DNA of 63,880 bases, filler included, from Octopus bimaculoides (Eukaryota), in NCBI RefSeq assembly GCF_001194135.2. It is 8 parts of 7 records of this genome, joined end to end, with 100 filler letters (N's around TTAATTAATTAA, not from the genome) between each part and the next. Parts side by side here need not be neighbours in the genome. Positions count along the whole stretch, not along the records: positions 47,260 to 54,826 come from NC_068982.1; positions 54,927 to 59,879 come from NC_069005.1; positions 59,980 to 62,252 come from NC_069004.1; positions 62,353 to 63,880 come from NC_068996.1; 4 more parts are not named here. One strand, given 5' to 3'. Shown in pieces: positions 52,078 to 63,880 of this stretch; position 1 is the first letter of the stretch; each line of letters opens with the position of its first letter. Both the position numbers and the translations under genes were made by a program. The notes under the pieces were generated by a model. It did no database searches and was not told the origin of the DNA. It saw only the letters and a list, made by a program, of their open reading frames with translations.

Positions 52078-54282
52078 AGAAATAGATTGTTCCATTTATA
52101 GAATGCTTATTATATATTTGATGATGTTCCCCACAAAATTTTGGTACTTATTCTATAGCTAGATGAATGTAGAATTAAGTAAATTCCTCAAAACTTATTG
52201 AAATATTTGCAGTAGATATGTACTTATAGTCCATGAGTTGACTGATTGATTCCTTATCTGCTTGACCAGTTCACTTTTACAGTTGTTAGATCCTGTTTGA
52301 AATGCAAAGCAATTTTTGTATCCACTAGGTGGAATGTATAGTTTGGTGCTTTATCATTTGCGTCATGTAAGCTCACCATACAATTACAATAACAGTCTTT
52401 GAATTCATGGACTTTGGACTTTAAGTCACTAAACAAGCATCTTAAGTCAAGCTGGTCAATATCAGCTTACAATGTTATCCTTTATTCATTTACTTGTTTC
52501 AGTCATTGGACTGCAGCCATGTTGGGGTACCACTTTGAAGGGTTTAGTCAAACAAATCAATCATGCTACATTTTTCTTTTAAGTCTGGCGCTTATTTTGT
52601 CAGCCTCATTTGCTGAACTGCTCAGTTACAGGGATGTAAAGAAACCAACTCTAGCTGTCATGCAGTGGTGGGGAACAAACACAAAGCCAAACACACATAC
52701 ATTCACATCCTACTAAACACGGATGTATTATTAGAACACCAAATACTATGGTATTTGCCTTGAGAGTTCCTCTTTTATAGATGTGCAGTGCTAAAAGTAC
52801 AGACACGTGATTTCAGTATTAATACTGCTTCTGTCATTAATATTTTTTAATAAGCCTGCTCACTATTTGTGACATCAATGACTGAAATGTCACTGTTATT
52901 CTATATATTAGTGGCAGTGAGATTTAGCTGGTATGTGGGAACCGTATACATTCCACTGAGGAAGCACAGTATGATGAAATCACATGATCTAGCAGTTCTG
53001 GTACTCATACCAGATGATTCTAGCCTACCAGGGTCTATGTCTGTGTTTTTAGCACTGTACATCTATATGAGAAAACCTCTCAAGGTCAACACTGCAGTAT
53101 TCGGTGCTCTTATGATACATCTATATTTAGTAGGATATAAAGATTGCTATTTGGTATTAATACTGTTTCTGTTGCTAATATTTATTGTACTGCCAATTCA
53201 ATGTAGATTAACTATGATTGAACAATTTGTGTTGCTGATATAAGTTTAGTTGATGTATCCTTTGGTGCTGGATACTTTGGTTTTAAAGTTCTTCACTTCT
53301 TCAGTTTAGGTGCATTTTCAGCACAGGCCACTTTCATCAATGTAGCTAGTAAATTTTTTTGCTATTTTCTCATTTGCTTAGGTCCTATGAACGTGTCTTG
53401 CTGTTTTCTAGTTACCTCATGCAGATAAACATTTGCAGTAACGTCCATAGTACACATTTACTTTTGTTACATGTATCTTCCAGTGTGGCTTATCTGCTGC
53501 ATTATTAAACTTCAACTTTATAGAAGCCATTTTCAATTTCCATTCTTTCCTCATACCAAGCTCGTGACTGACTCATTTCCACTTTTAACTGCTGTAGAAG
53601 TTTAATCCTCATATATATGTCTTTAGGTGATTTCCTGACTGAAAAAATTTTTTTTTATATTTACCATTACTGTTTCAGCCTTCCTGACTCAAATGATCTG
53701 GATTCCACCCAAGAAAATGATAACTTTCTAAACTTGGTGTTCATGTTAGCTACATCATTTTCTTTCTTCATTTTTAGTTCTGAACCCATTGGAGTGGCCA
53801 CCAGAATGTCTAATTATATAAATATAAATACTTTATGTCTGTAATGGTAAAACTTCTTAAAGGTCAGGCTGACTAGCACATTACATGAAGATGCTGGTTA
53901 TATAGCATCAAAATATCCATTGACTTAGCTTATAGCTGTATTATTTTTTAATGTTTATTTCATATCCTTTGGAACTACTGTAGGTTGTAGAAAGATGTGC
54001 AATTGGAACTATGCCTGGCTAATCATCATGGTAAACAATAAATTCCTAAACTTATATCCAACTTAACATTTCTAACTAAACATGGCCAAAAGAAATATAA
54101 GATGAGGCAAAATAGATAGGAAAATACTATTTTCTGTGGAGTATTTCTAAAACTAAAAGCTGCTTCTTATATAACATTATATTCTTAGAGGAGTTGTTTT
54201 TCAAGATAAAAATTATTCTCCTCCTACTAACATTTTAACAGTTGTATGGAATAAAAATTTTTATTTATCTTTTTTTTTTTAG

Positions 54283-54400
54283 GACTGTGGTTCAAGAACA
54301 GCAATTTGAGCAAATATGTGAGCGTATCATGAATGTAAGGGACCATGCGACTAATGTCAAGACTACATTGGTGGGACTTAAAGTAGAGAAACCAAAGGTG
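54283..54400 (+). CDS. ARL6IP1: ARL6IP1 internal coding exon (equivalent of vertebrate exon 4)
   Basis: Poly-T tract plus AG at 54281-82 and donor GTTAGT at 54401. TG+G across the intron gives Trp, then TVVQEQQFEQICERIMNVRDHATNVKTTLVGLKVEKPKV. Matches recalled human WTTEQQQRFHEICSNLVKTRRRAVGWWKRLFTLKEEKPKM. In frame with the preceding exon. Confidence 0.88.
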
Positions 54401-54539
54401 GTTAGTATGTTGTTTCTTTTTAAAACCTGCGTCTAAATTTCTAAGTAGCTATTTCTTTGTGGAGGTTACTCAGACCTTGAGAAGAGCAGTGGCTCATCTT
54501 AAAATGGAATTAGCAATGCCATGTTGGCTACATGTATAT

Positions 54540-54728
54540 ATGTATGTGTGTATATATATATATTTATATATATTATATGTATGTATATTATATGTATGTA
54601 TATTATATGTATATATATGTATGTATATTGTATGTATATTATATGTATGTATATTATATGTATATATATGTATGTATATTGTATGTATATTATATGTATA
54701 TGTATGTATATGTATGTATATTATATGT
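54540..54728. repeat. AT-rich minisatellite (TATATTATATGTATG-type units)
   Basis: Seen directly. Confidence 0.85.
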
Positions 54729-54826
54729 AAGCCCCCGGCCCATCAGGAATCACTGCAGAGATGCTCAAAATATCTGGCAGTGTTGGCTATAGCCTAGTCA
54801 CCCGTATTACGAACCAGGTGATACAC
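54729..54826 (+). mobile_element. Short RTE LINE fragment at a contig end
   Basis: PGPSGITAEMLKISGSVGYSLVTRITNQVIH. Confidence 0.85.
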
Positions 54827-54926
54827 NNNNNNNNNNNNNNNNNNNNNNNNNNNNNNNNNNNNNNNNNNNNTTAATTAATTAANNNNNNNNNNNNNNNNNN
54901 NNNNNNNNNNNNNNNNNNNNNNNNNN

Positions 54927-55542
54927 TTGTTATGTATTTGTCTGAATATTTTTTTTATCATACCTAATGCGCCTATTGTGATAGGAATTGTTTGTTTTTA
55001 GACTCCACATTCGAGTTACCTCTATTTCCAGGTCTTTGTATTTTGAAAGTTTCTCCATTTCTTTTAGGGAAACGTTGTCATCTGCTGGTATTGATACATC
55101 AATTAAAAAGCATTTTTTTTCTTGATGATCTCTGACAACTATATCTGGCCTATTGGCCTTAATTTCCCTATCTGTGTGCATTGGCATATCCCAGAGTATG
55201 GTTGCTTTCTCGTTTTCTGTGACCTTTTCTGGCGTGTGCCTATACCATCTTTTTTCTGTTGTTATTCCGTAGTGTTGGCATAACTTCCAGTATATGTAAG
55301 TCCCAACTCTGTCATGTTTGTGAATATATTCCTTCTTAGCCAGGACTGGGCAGCCAGAGGATAATATGATTTATTGTTTCTTCTCCATCTCCACATATTC
55401 TGCAGTTACTTGTATTTCTCTTCCTTATGTGTTTTTGGCGATTTCTGGTGGGAAGGCTTTGATCTTGTGCTGCAATTAAAAATCCTTCAGTCTCGGCTTT
55501 GAGTCCTGAGCTTCTCAGCCATTGTTGGGATTTTGCTTTGTC

Positions 55543-55545
<3 letters not shown>
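54927..55545 (-). mobile_element. R4/Dong-clade RLE non-LTR retrotransposon, 5'-truncated
   Basis: WLRSSGLKAETEGFLIAAQDQ, CCHC knuckle CRICGDGEETINHII, KHDRV, and restriction-like endonuclease ANRPDIVV..KCFLIDVSIP..KLSKYKDL. The 5' junction abuts an (AAT)n array. Confidence 0.85.
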
Positions 55546-55587
<42 letters not shown>

Positions 55588-55594
55588 CCTCATT

Positions 55595-55625
<31 letters not shown>

Positions 55626-55941
55626 TTATTATTATTGTCTTGTTTCCATGAAGCCCCTGACCTGTAACTCCAGCACCTTTCAAAGCAGGGAACCAGTGAC
55701 CAAGCAATTAGTTCTTTTTGCCGATTCCAGACAAATAAGTAGTGCTCAGGTATAATTATTTTCAATTCCATTTTGCCAGATTGGTAAATATTGGCATTGT
55801 CATCATCACTGTCATTGCCAACATCATCATCATCATCATCATCACCACTGCCAGCATCATCATCATCATCACCATCATTACCATCTTCATCACCACTATC
55901 ATACAACACCACTGCCAACAAAATACACGCTCACACACATT

Positions 55942-55983
<42 letters not shown>

Positions 55984-56096
55984 CACCACACCCAAATACA
56001 CAGACCACACTCCACACACACATGCATCCATCCCTACATTGTCCCCCACCCCAAACCTTGCTGACCCTTGCTTTTTCTTTTTTTTTGATTTCCTAG

Positions 56097-56171
56097 GAAA
56101 TATTGTCCAACTTAAGGTCCAGGTTTAACGTGGACGTGGTTTTTACCAAACTAAGTGGTTCCGACTTTTTG
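56097..56171 (+). CDS. Candidate 75-nt exon (phase 0/0)
   Basis: Strong pyrimidine tract plus AG at 56095-96 and TTG|GTAAGT at 56172. Single open frame [25 protein letters not shown]. Phase does not fit the neighbouring exons directly. Confidence 0.35.
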
Positions 56172-56547
56172 GTAAGTCTGCGGACTGGAGTCGAACGGAT
56201 ATACATGTCAGGTAATCTATGTAGTTACCTATTGGAATGGGGGAGGAGCAAGAGGGGGTGTGTGTGTGTGTAAGAGATAGAAAGAGAGAGAAAAAAGGTA
56301 GTGTGCGTGCATGTGTGTGGGAGTGAGGAGTAGAGTGGGGCGGTGAGAGAAAAGGGCATGTGTGTATGTGTGTGAGGAGCAAAGTTTGTGTGTGTGTGTG
56401 TGTAAGCATAAGAGTTGTATGGAGAAAAGTGAAAAATGGAGATACAATGAGGTTTAAAGTATTGACTATATTCATACATATACATACATGCATGTGTATG
56501 TGTGTATACATGTATGTGTATGTGTGTATACATGCATGCATGCATAC

Positions 56548-56638
<91 letters not shown>

Positions 56639-57660
56639 AATCGAACCGAATCCGACGACTGGCACCCATGCCAACCTCTCCTTCATTGGACACAAAACTC
56701 TGCTTGCGAAGACCTGTTGGGGCAAGTGAAATCGTAATTGAACCATACTCGATAACTGGCACTGTGCCAGTGGAGCACTAATAGCACTGTTGAGTGTGTA
56801 CATTGCCAGAGCAGCTGTCTGTCTGGCTTCCGTGCTAGTGGCACGTAAATAGTACCATTTGAGTGTAATGCTGGTGGCATGTTAGAAAATCATTCGAGCA
56901 AGGTCGTTGCCAGTGCCACTGGACTGGTTCCCGTGCAGGTGGCACGTAAAAAAACACCTTTCTGAGCGTGGCCGTTGCCAGTACCATGTGACTGGCCCTC
57001 GTGCCGGTGGCACGTAAAAGCGCCCACTACACTCTCGGAGTGGTTGGCATTAGGAAGGGCATCCAGCTGTAGAAACTCTGCCAGATCAGATTGGAGCCTG
57101 GTGCAGCCTTCTGGTTCGCCAGTCCTCAGTCAAATCGTCCAACCCATGCTAGCATGGAAAGCGGACGTTAAACAATGATGATGATGATATGTATATATAT
57201 ACACACACACATGCAATGGACATCTTTTTGCTTCCATCTCCCAAATCCTCTCACAAGGTAGGCCCAGGGCTATAGCAGAAGACACTTGCTCAAGGTGCCA
57301 CTTTATGAGACTGAACCTGGGGCCTGTTTTCACCATCATCATCATCATCATCAATCATCAACATTCAACAACATCCGTTTCCCCTGCTGGCATGGGTTGG
57401 ATGGTTTGACAGGTACTGGCAAGGTCAAGGGCCACACCAAGTCCCACAGTCTGTTTCTGTTCGGTTTCTACAGCTGGATGCCCTTCCTAATGCCAACCAC
57501 TTTACGAGGTGCTTTTTACATGACACCATCATCAGTGCTTTTTATGTGGCACTAAGTACTTCATATTTACAGATGAGGTCCAAAATCCATTAATTCTTAA
57601 AAATCAAACCTTCATCTTTTTATTATTTTCTCAAGAGTCTCTCTTTTCCTTTTTTTCTAG

Positions 57661-57793
57661 AATTCTCCAATTTTTCCAACACCCGGAAAATTACTGAACG
57701 TCTACAACTTCTCATCGATCTCCATGATCGGCCATGCCTGATTGTGGAGAAGAACCCTGTGAAAAAGGGCCTCGCTAGCACCAAAACCCCTTT
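57661..57793 (+). CDS. Internal coding exon of an unidentified gene (phase 1/2)
   Basis: Long pyrimidine tract plus AG at 57659-60 and donor GTAAGT at 57794. Only one frame is open: (E)FSNFSNTRKITERLQLLIDLHDRPCLIVEKNPVKKGLASTKTP. Phase fits both 19976-20111 and 59033-59112. Confidence 0.7.
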
Positions 57794-59032
57794 GTAAGTT
57801 TTCTCGATTTTGTTTTTCTTTTTCCCGTTCCCTTTAGTTCAGTTCTGGCATGGCCAGCCCTTTTCAAGAAGTGGGCCACATGAGACATGGTTCATTATCA
57901 AGTGGATCACACTACTAGAAAGAAATTCTGGTAATTTCTTGGTTTACTATTCAGAAAGTCTCGCAGATCGTTATTTGCCTATGATTGTCAGTAAGATAAC
58001 ATGGGTGTTTATGTTTGTCAGAGTGAGATGGCGTACTTGGTTTAAGGGTCATAGGGAGCTTATGAGCTCCTAATATGTTTGAGGGCTGCAAGCTGGCAGA
58101 AACGTTACCCCGCCGGGCGAAATGCTTAGCGGTATTTCGTCCGCCCCTACGTTCTGGGTTAAAATTCTGCCGAGGTCGACTTTACCTTTCATCCTTTCGG
58201 GGTCGATTTAAATAAGTACCAGTTACGCACTGGGATTGATTTAATCGACTTAACCCCCCCCCCCCTGTGGGCAATAAAAAAATAAGTATGTTTAAATGGT
58301 CTTGGCTCAGTTTGTATGTTGTTTTAATTGTTTTATTTCTTTATCTTCTACTTGGTTCAGACATTGGACTGCGACCATGCTGGGGCACTACTTAGAAGAG
58401 TTAAGTCAAGCAAATCAACGTCTGTACTCATTCTTTTTTTTAAAGTCTGGTACTTATTCTGTTGGTCTCTTTTGACAAACCAACCCCAGTTGTCAAGTGG
58501 TGGTGGGGGGACAAATACACACACATGTATACATGATGGGTTTCTTTCAGTTTCTGTCTATCAAATCTACTGACAAGGCTTTGGTTGGTCTGCGGCTATA
58601 GTTGAAGACACTTGCTCAAGGTACCGTGTAGTGAAACTGAACCCACGATCATGTGGTTTGGAATCAAGCTTCTTAACCACCACATAGCCATGCCTGCACT
58701 TGTTTGTGACGATTATTTATTTCTTTATGTGTGTGTGTGAGAGGCCTGCAATGTCATTCTAAATTTAAACAAACACATCATTGAAGTCTCAAAGCATGAA
58801 GATAGTGCATGATTAATTCATAACGATGTTGATAAATAAGCATTTCATTTGACAGAATACTCTGAATGCTAAAAGGGTTAAGCAAAATCACCATGCAAGT
58901 CCTCAGTCATCCTTTTATGGATGATTAGATGGTCCTTGTTGCTGTAGTTGTTGGTGAAGGGTGTTATTGTGGTGGTGATGTTGATGTAATTTTGCTCTGT
59001 TCCGATTTTTATCTCCTGTTTTTTTTTTCCAG

Positions 59033-59112
59033 CTATCAAACGAAATACCTGGAGAAGCTTCTCTCTCGGCTCAGCCTCAGTCCAATTAAGCTGCTTTTTT
59101 CTGACAGCAAAG
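59033..59112 (+). CDS. Internal coding exon of the same unidentified gene (phase 2/1)
   Basis: ttttttttttccAG acceptor at 59031-32 and AAG|GTAAAA donor at 59113. TT+C gives Phe, then YQTKYLEKLLSRLSLSPIKLLFSDSK, continuing the frame of 57661-57793. Confidence 0.7.
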
Positions 59113-59215
59113 GTAAAAATAATCTTCCCTGACTTTAAAATTCTGAGTTTTTACAGACCCACAGATCAATGTTTTGATTACTTACACAAACATGCTCTCC
59201 CCCACACGGTTTTGT

Positions 59216-59879
59216 TTCCTCATAACTTTCAGAAAAATGGATACTTTTTCAATGAAATTTTCTTCAAATACCTTTCAGATGATGTAGATTATGATTATTT
59301 TGGAATTTAATGTGAAAAGATTTTTTGGAGTTGTGGGGGAGAAGAGTTTCGGATAATTCATACAAATTGACTCTGTTTCTTCATAACTTTTGACTTTTTC
59401 TCATAACTTTCAGAAAAATTGGTATTTTTTAATGAAATTTTTCTACAAATACTTTTCAGATGGTGTAGATTAGGCTTATGTTAAAATTTAAATTGGGAAA
59501 AAAAAAATTTGTGGACACATTTACATACATACTGACACATCACACTTTCTCAAAGTTTCATTTTGTATCTATATAAATGATGTGTCTGTACATACAACCA
59601 ACTATTTTCTTTCTTTTTTTTTTTTTCAGTTACACTTTAAATTCTAATATAATCGTAAATGACACAATCAGAAAAGTATTTGTTGAAAATTTCATTAAAA
59701 AAATGTCCATTTTTCTGAAAGCTATGAGGCAACAAATTTGATTTGTATAAATCATCTGAAACTCCTCTTTTCTCTCTTTTGAAAAATGTTTCACTATGAA
59801 TTCTGGCATAATTAGAATCTGCACAATCTGAAGGGTATTTGTAGAAAATTTCATTAAAAAAATATCCATTTTTCTGAAA
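59216..59879. repeat. Foldback-like array: two direct and two inverted copies of a ~70-bp unit
   Basis: CATAACTTTCAGAAAAATGGA..TTTTT.AATGAAATTTTCT.CAAATAC..TTCAGAT at 59216 and 59397; inverted at 59666 and 59822. Confidence 0.8.
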
Positions 59880-60854
59880 NNNNNNNNNNNNNNNNNNNNN
59901 NNNNNNNNNNNNNNNNNNNNNNNTTAATTAATTAANNNNNNNNNNNNNNNNNNNNNNNNNNNNNNNNNNNNNNNNNNNNGGTGGGAGTACGATGTGATGG
60001 CGGTGGTAGTGGTGGTGTTGTGCAGTGTTGTTGTCGGTGGTGGTGGTTGTTGTCGGTGGTGGTGGTGGCGGCGGCGGTGGTGGAGGTGGTTGGATGGAGG
60101 CTGATTGTGGTTGCTATTGACAACGGTTACATCAATGGAATGTTTCCAAAAACTGGTTTCGGTGTTCAATGTGTCTTTGGAATCTAAGAAGAATCAGCAA
60201 GCAAGTCATATGGCATCAACAACAATTACAACAGCATGAACATCATTGCCACACAAGACATTACTATACATTACTATGCAGCAGTGGATATATATATACA
60301 CACACACACACATATATATATATATACATACATATATGTATGTATATATATATGTATGTATCTCTCTCTCTATATATATACGTATATGTATATATTTATA
60401 TATATATATATATACACATATATACATATCTATATCTATATATATGTGTGTGTGTATACACATAAATATGTGTGTATATATGTATATGTATACATAATTA
60501 TATATTCGTGTATATATGCATATATTTGTGCGTGATTGTATAACATGTACATCTCTGTCTCTCTGTCTATCTGTCTTAACTATTTGTCTGTCTATCTATC
60601 TATCAGTCCATCTACCATTTTTATTATTTTTACAAAGGCGATGTGCTGACAAAATTGCTAGCACTCCGGAGATAATGTTCGGTGGCGTTTCGTTCGGCTT
60701 TATGTTCTATATTCAAGTTTCGTCGGGCTCCACTTTGCCTTTTTAATGCTTTTGGGGGTCACTAAAATGAGTACCAGTTAAAGACTTGGATCGATCACAT
60801 CCACTTCTCCACCTCTCAAATCTGCTGGCCTTTTGCCAATATATGAATGAATTA

Positions 60855-60932
<78 letters not shown>

Positions 60933-60935
<3 letters not shown>

Positions 60936-61196
60936 CTTCGCAACACAGTGTAGGTAAAAATGCATCGGGAGTCTTTAGTCATCTCTCAAGTCTCAACAAG
61001 GTCCTCAGACAGATGAGACTTTCCTTAAGATGTGCGCTCTGCCCAATGAGGCTGCTTTTTGCAAGACATCAATCTTGCATGGGATTTCCAGATGCCTTAA
61101 GAAATTTTTGAAGTTTCAATGGGATTGAGTCCAGTGCTCCAATCATAACTCTTATCAGTTTTACATTACCCTCTCACATTCCACTTTCAATTCGGT
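60933..61196 (-). mobile_element. R4/Dong-clade 3' end inserted in a (TAA)n array
   Basis: VMIGALDSIP...LQKAASLGRAHILRKV. TAA arrays on both sides (60858-60932, 61197-61240). Confidence 0.75.
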
Positions 61197-61548
61197 GATT
61201 ATTATTATCATTATTATTATTATTATTATTATTATTACTACTACTACTATGTTATATTTGAGGTTCATTTGTTTTGTCATATACATACATACATATATAT
61301 NNNNNNNNNNNNNNNNNNNNNNNNNNNNNNNNNNNNNNNNNNNNNNNNNNNNNNNNNNNNNNNNNNNNNNNNNNNNNNNNNNNNNNNNNNNNNNNNNNNN
61401 NNNNNNNNNNNNNNNNNNNNNNNNNNNNNNNNNNNNNNNNNNNNNNNNNNNNNNNNNNNNNNNNNNNNNNNNNNNNNNNNNNNNNNNNNNNNNNNNNNNN
61501 NNNNNNNNNNNNNNNNNNNNNNNNNNNNNNNNNNNNNNNNNNNNNNNN

Positions 61549-61847
61549 CTGAGCACTCCGCAGACACGTGTAACCTTAACGTTGTTCTCGGGGAGATTCA
61601 GCGTGACACAGAGCGTGACAAGGCTGGCCCCTTTGAAATACAGGAACAGCAGAAACAGGAAGAAAGAATGAGAGAAAGTTGTGGTGAAAGAGTACAGCAG
61701 GGTTCGCCACCATCCTCTGCCGGAGCCTTGTGGAACTTTAGGTGTTTTCGTTCAATAAACACTCACAGCACCTGGTCTGGGAATCGAAACCGCGATCCTA
61801 TGACCGCGAGTCCACTGCCCTAACCACTGGGCCATTGCGCCTCCACA
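61549..61847 (-). mobile_element. tRNA-derived SINE family D with well-preserved head
   Basis: Minus strand GGCGCAATGGCCCAGTGGTTAGGGCAGTGGACTCGCGGTCATAGGATCGCGGTTTCGATTCCCAGACC (A and B boxes), followed by a ~230-nt non-tRNA body. Confidence 0.8.
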
Positions 61848-61893
61848 TCTATCAATCTGTATATGTGACGTATCACTCTCTCCCTCTTTTTTG

Positions 61894-61924
<31 letters not shown>

Positions 61925-63880
61925 CAGTGTGTGTGTCAGTGTGTGTGTTTGTGTCACATGCTTAGATACGTACATACACAATTACACATGCACGCGCACA
62001 CACAGACGCAAAACCACACTCACATACACACACACAATCTTAGATACATATACAAATACAACGCACTAACATTACAATACACTGACACACACACACACAC
62101 ATGTAGAATGAAGCCGATGCACTCAGACGTATGTGTACACTTGATATCAAGAAGTGAGGAAATCTATACAAATTACGTAATTTAGATAAAAATAGGTAAA
62201 ATAATTATATAGCTATATGCATACACTTATATATATATATATATATATATATNNNNNNNNNNNNNNNNNNNNNNNNNNNNNNNNNNNNNNNNNNNNTTAA
62301 TTAATTAANNNNNNNNNNNNNNNNNNNNNNNNNNNNNNNNNNNNNNNNNNNNTATATATATATATATATATATATATTGATATATACATGTATATATATA
62401 TCTATTTATATAAAATTAGATGCTGATACATATACACACACATATATAGATAGATATATCATTTATCTTTTGTCTTTCAATTATTCCCATCATTTCTGAC
62501 TTCGGCCATGCTAGAGTACCATCTTACAGTGTTTTAGTTGAAGAAGACTTCCCTAGGACACACACTTTTAACCACTTGGTACCTAGTCTATTGGGGTCTT
62601 TTAAAAAGTTGGTAGCTTTTAAAAAATTGGGACTGAGACTGAACCCAGGACCTTGTTGTTAGGAAGCAGATTTCTTACCACACAGCCCTGCCTGTAAATA
62701 CAGTGTGCGCGTGTATGTGTGTGTGTTTGTATGTTTATGTTTGTGCGTTTGTGTATGCTTGTGAGTTTGTGTTTTGTTTGTGCATGTGTGTGTGTGCTTG
62801 TGAGTTTGTTTGTGTTTGAGTGTGTGCGTGCGCGCACGTCCGTCTGTATGTGTATGTGTGTATGAAAGTGTGTGAGAAAGTTCGTCGTTTTATAATTTCT
62901 CAGAATATTTAATTTAATGGGAACACTTTAGTTGCAGGAATGTAATGCACTTTCTTATATATGGTATTACTGTGTGGCAGATAGTGCCTTCATCTTCCCA
63001 ACAGATACATATTGAACCTGTACAAATGGTTGTTTTCTACCTGGTATTCTAATGTCAAATTTGTGCTAAATCTGTATGGAATACTCACGCCAATTTAATT
63101 GACATTCTGTTTCAACAATGAAGGATTTTAAACTGTAAGAGATACCAAAGTACATCACAGCCGCGCGCGCACGAGCATACGCACATTAAACGGCACGCAT
63201 ACGCTTAGACGACGCACACACAAACCCATGTACTCAAACAAATATTTGTTCGTGGTTGTCATTTTGTGAGTTACAAGTACGTATTCGTCTTCGTTTGTGT
63301 GTGTGTATGTATTGTTATACCAAAGGTATATCATCAGGTTTATATCTTATTAAATATTTTAAGGCTATCTATACGAATATGTAATTGTGGGTGAAATTGC
63401 ATGAAATATCTTAGCGATATGCTTGTATTATGCGTGTAAATGTATATATTTATACACATAGCATATGATAACGACACGCGCCCCTTCCATGCGAGACGAC
63501 CACCGAAATGGCCGTGCAAAAGTTTTCGGCCACCTCACGTAATCCGGTCTAGATACAATGATTTAAAACAGAAAAATATCTATAATGAAAATTTATTACA
63601 TAATGTTCATTTCACGAAGTTACTCTACATTGTTAATATTTCAAGTGGTTTCCTTTAGTTTCAGTAACCGCTTCAATGCGCCGAGGAAGAGATGTATACA
63701 AATTTCTCTATTTCAAATAATTGAATTTGATGAGTTATTCAGATAATTTTTAAATAAATGACTGAAAATGTCGCTTTATAGTTACACTTTTTCAAACTTC
63801 AAGTTTCGTTTTTCACACATCTACTTGCGGTGTTTGACTTTACCTTCATTGTGAAAAGTACAGTGAAGGAGGGAAGAGTG

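Noticed and set aside
56690-57010. Repeated GTGGCACGTAAA motifs with variable intervening sequence
   Set aside because: Internal tandem region of SINE family C, also seen inverted at 38590-38860. Not a repeat-spacer system.
61770-61847. tRNA-like sequence on the minus strand
   Set aside because: Anticodon and acceptor stems are imperfect and it continues into a SINE body, so it is called a SINE head rather than a tRNA gene.

Overview
Eukaryotic, AT-rich draft-assembly sequence with many N gaps and dense microsatellites. The repeat landscape points to an octopod cephalopod (Octopus-like); this is inferred, not checked. Most ORF-track entries are microsatellite or N-gap artefacts. Two host coding signals are supported, both on the + strand. 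(1) Two phase-compatible internal exons of ARL6IP1 (51572-51688, 54283-54400). (2) A candidate multi-exon type II membrane protein gene: first coding exon 19976-20111, downstream exons 57661-57793 and 59033-59112, all phase-compatible. As assembled, the ARL6IP1 exons lie inside the long intron of that gene on the same strand, which is either a real interleaving or a scaffolding misjoin. The rest is decayed mobile DNA: RTE, CR1/L2, R4/Dong, CRE-like and Penelope retroelements; mariner, Tc1-like, pogo and Tigger remnants; Merlin-like, piggyBac-like and mariner MITEs; and at least four SINE families. Other notable items are an 80-nt symmetric hairpin, a crossed double inverted duplication next to an ARL6IP1 splice acceptor, and R4/Dong copies in (TAA)n arrays. 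No prokaryotic features, CRISPR arrays or rRNA were seen. All protein-family assignments are from remembered motifs, not from database searches.
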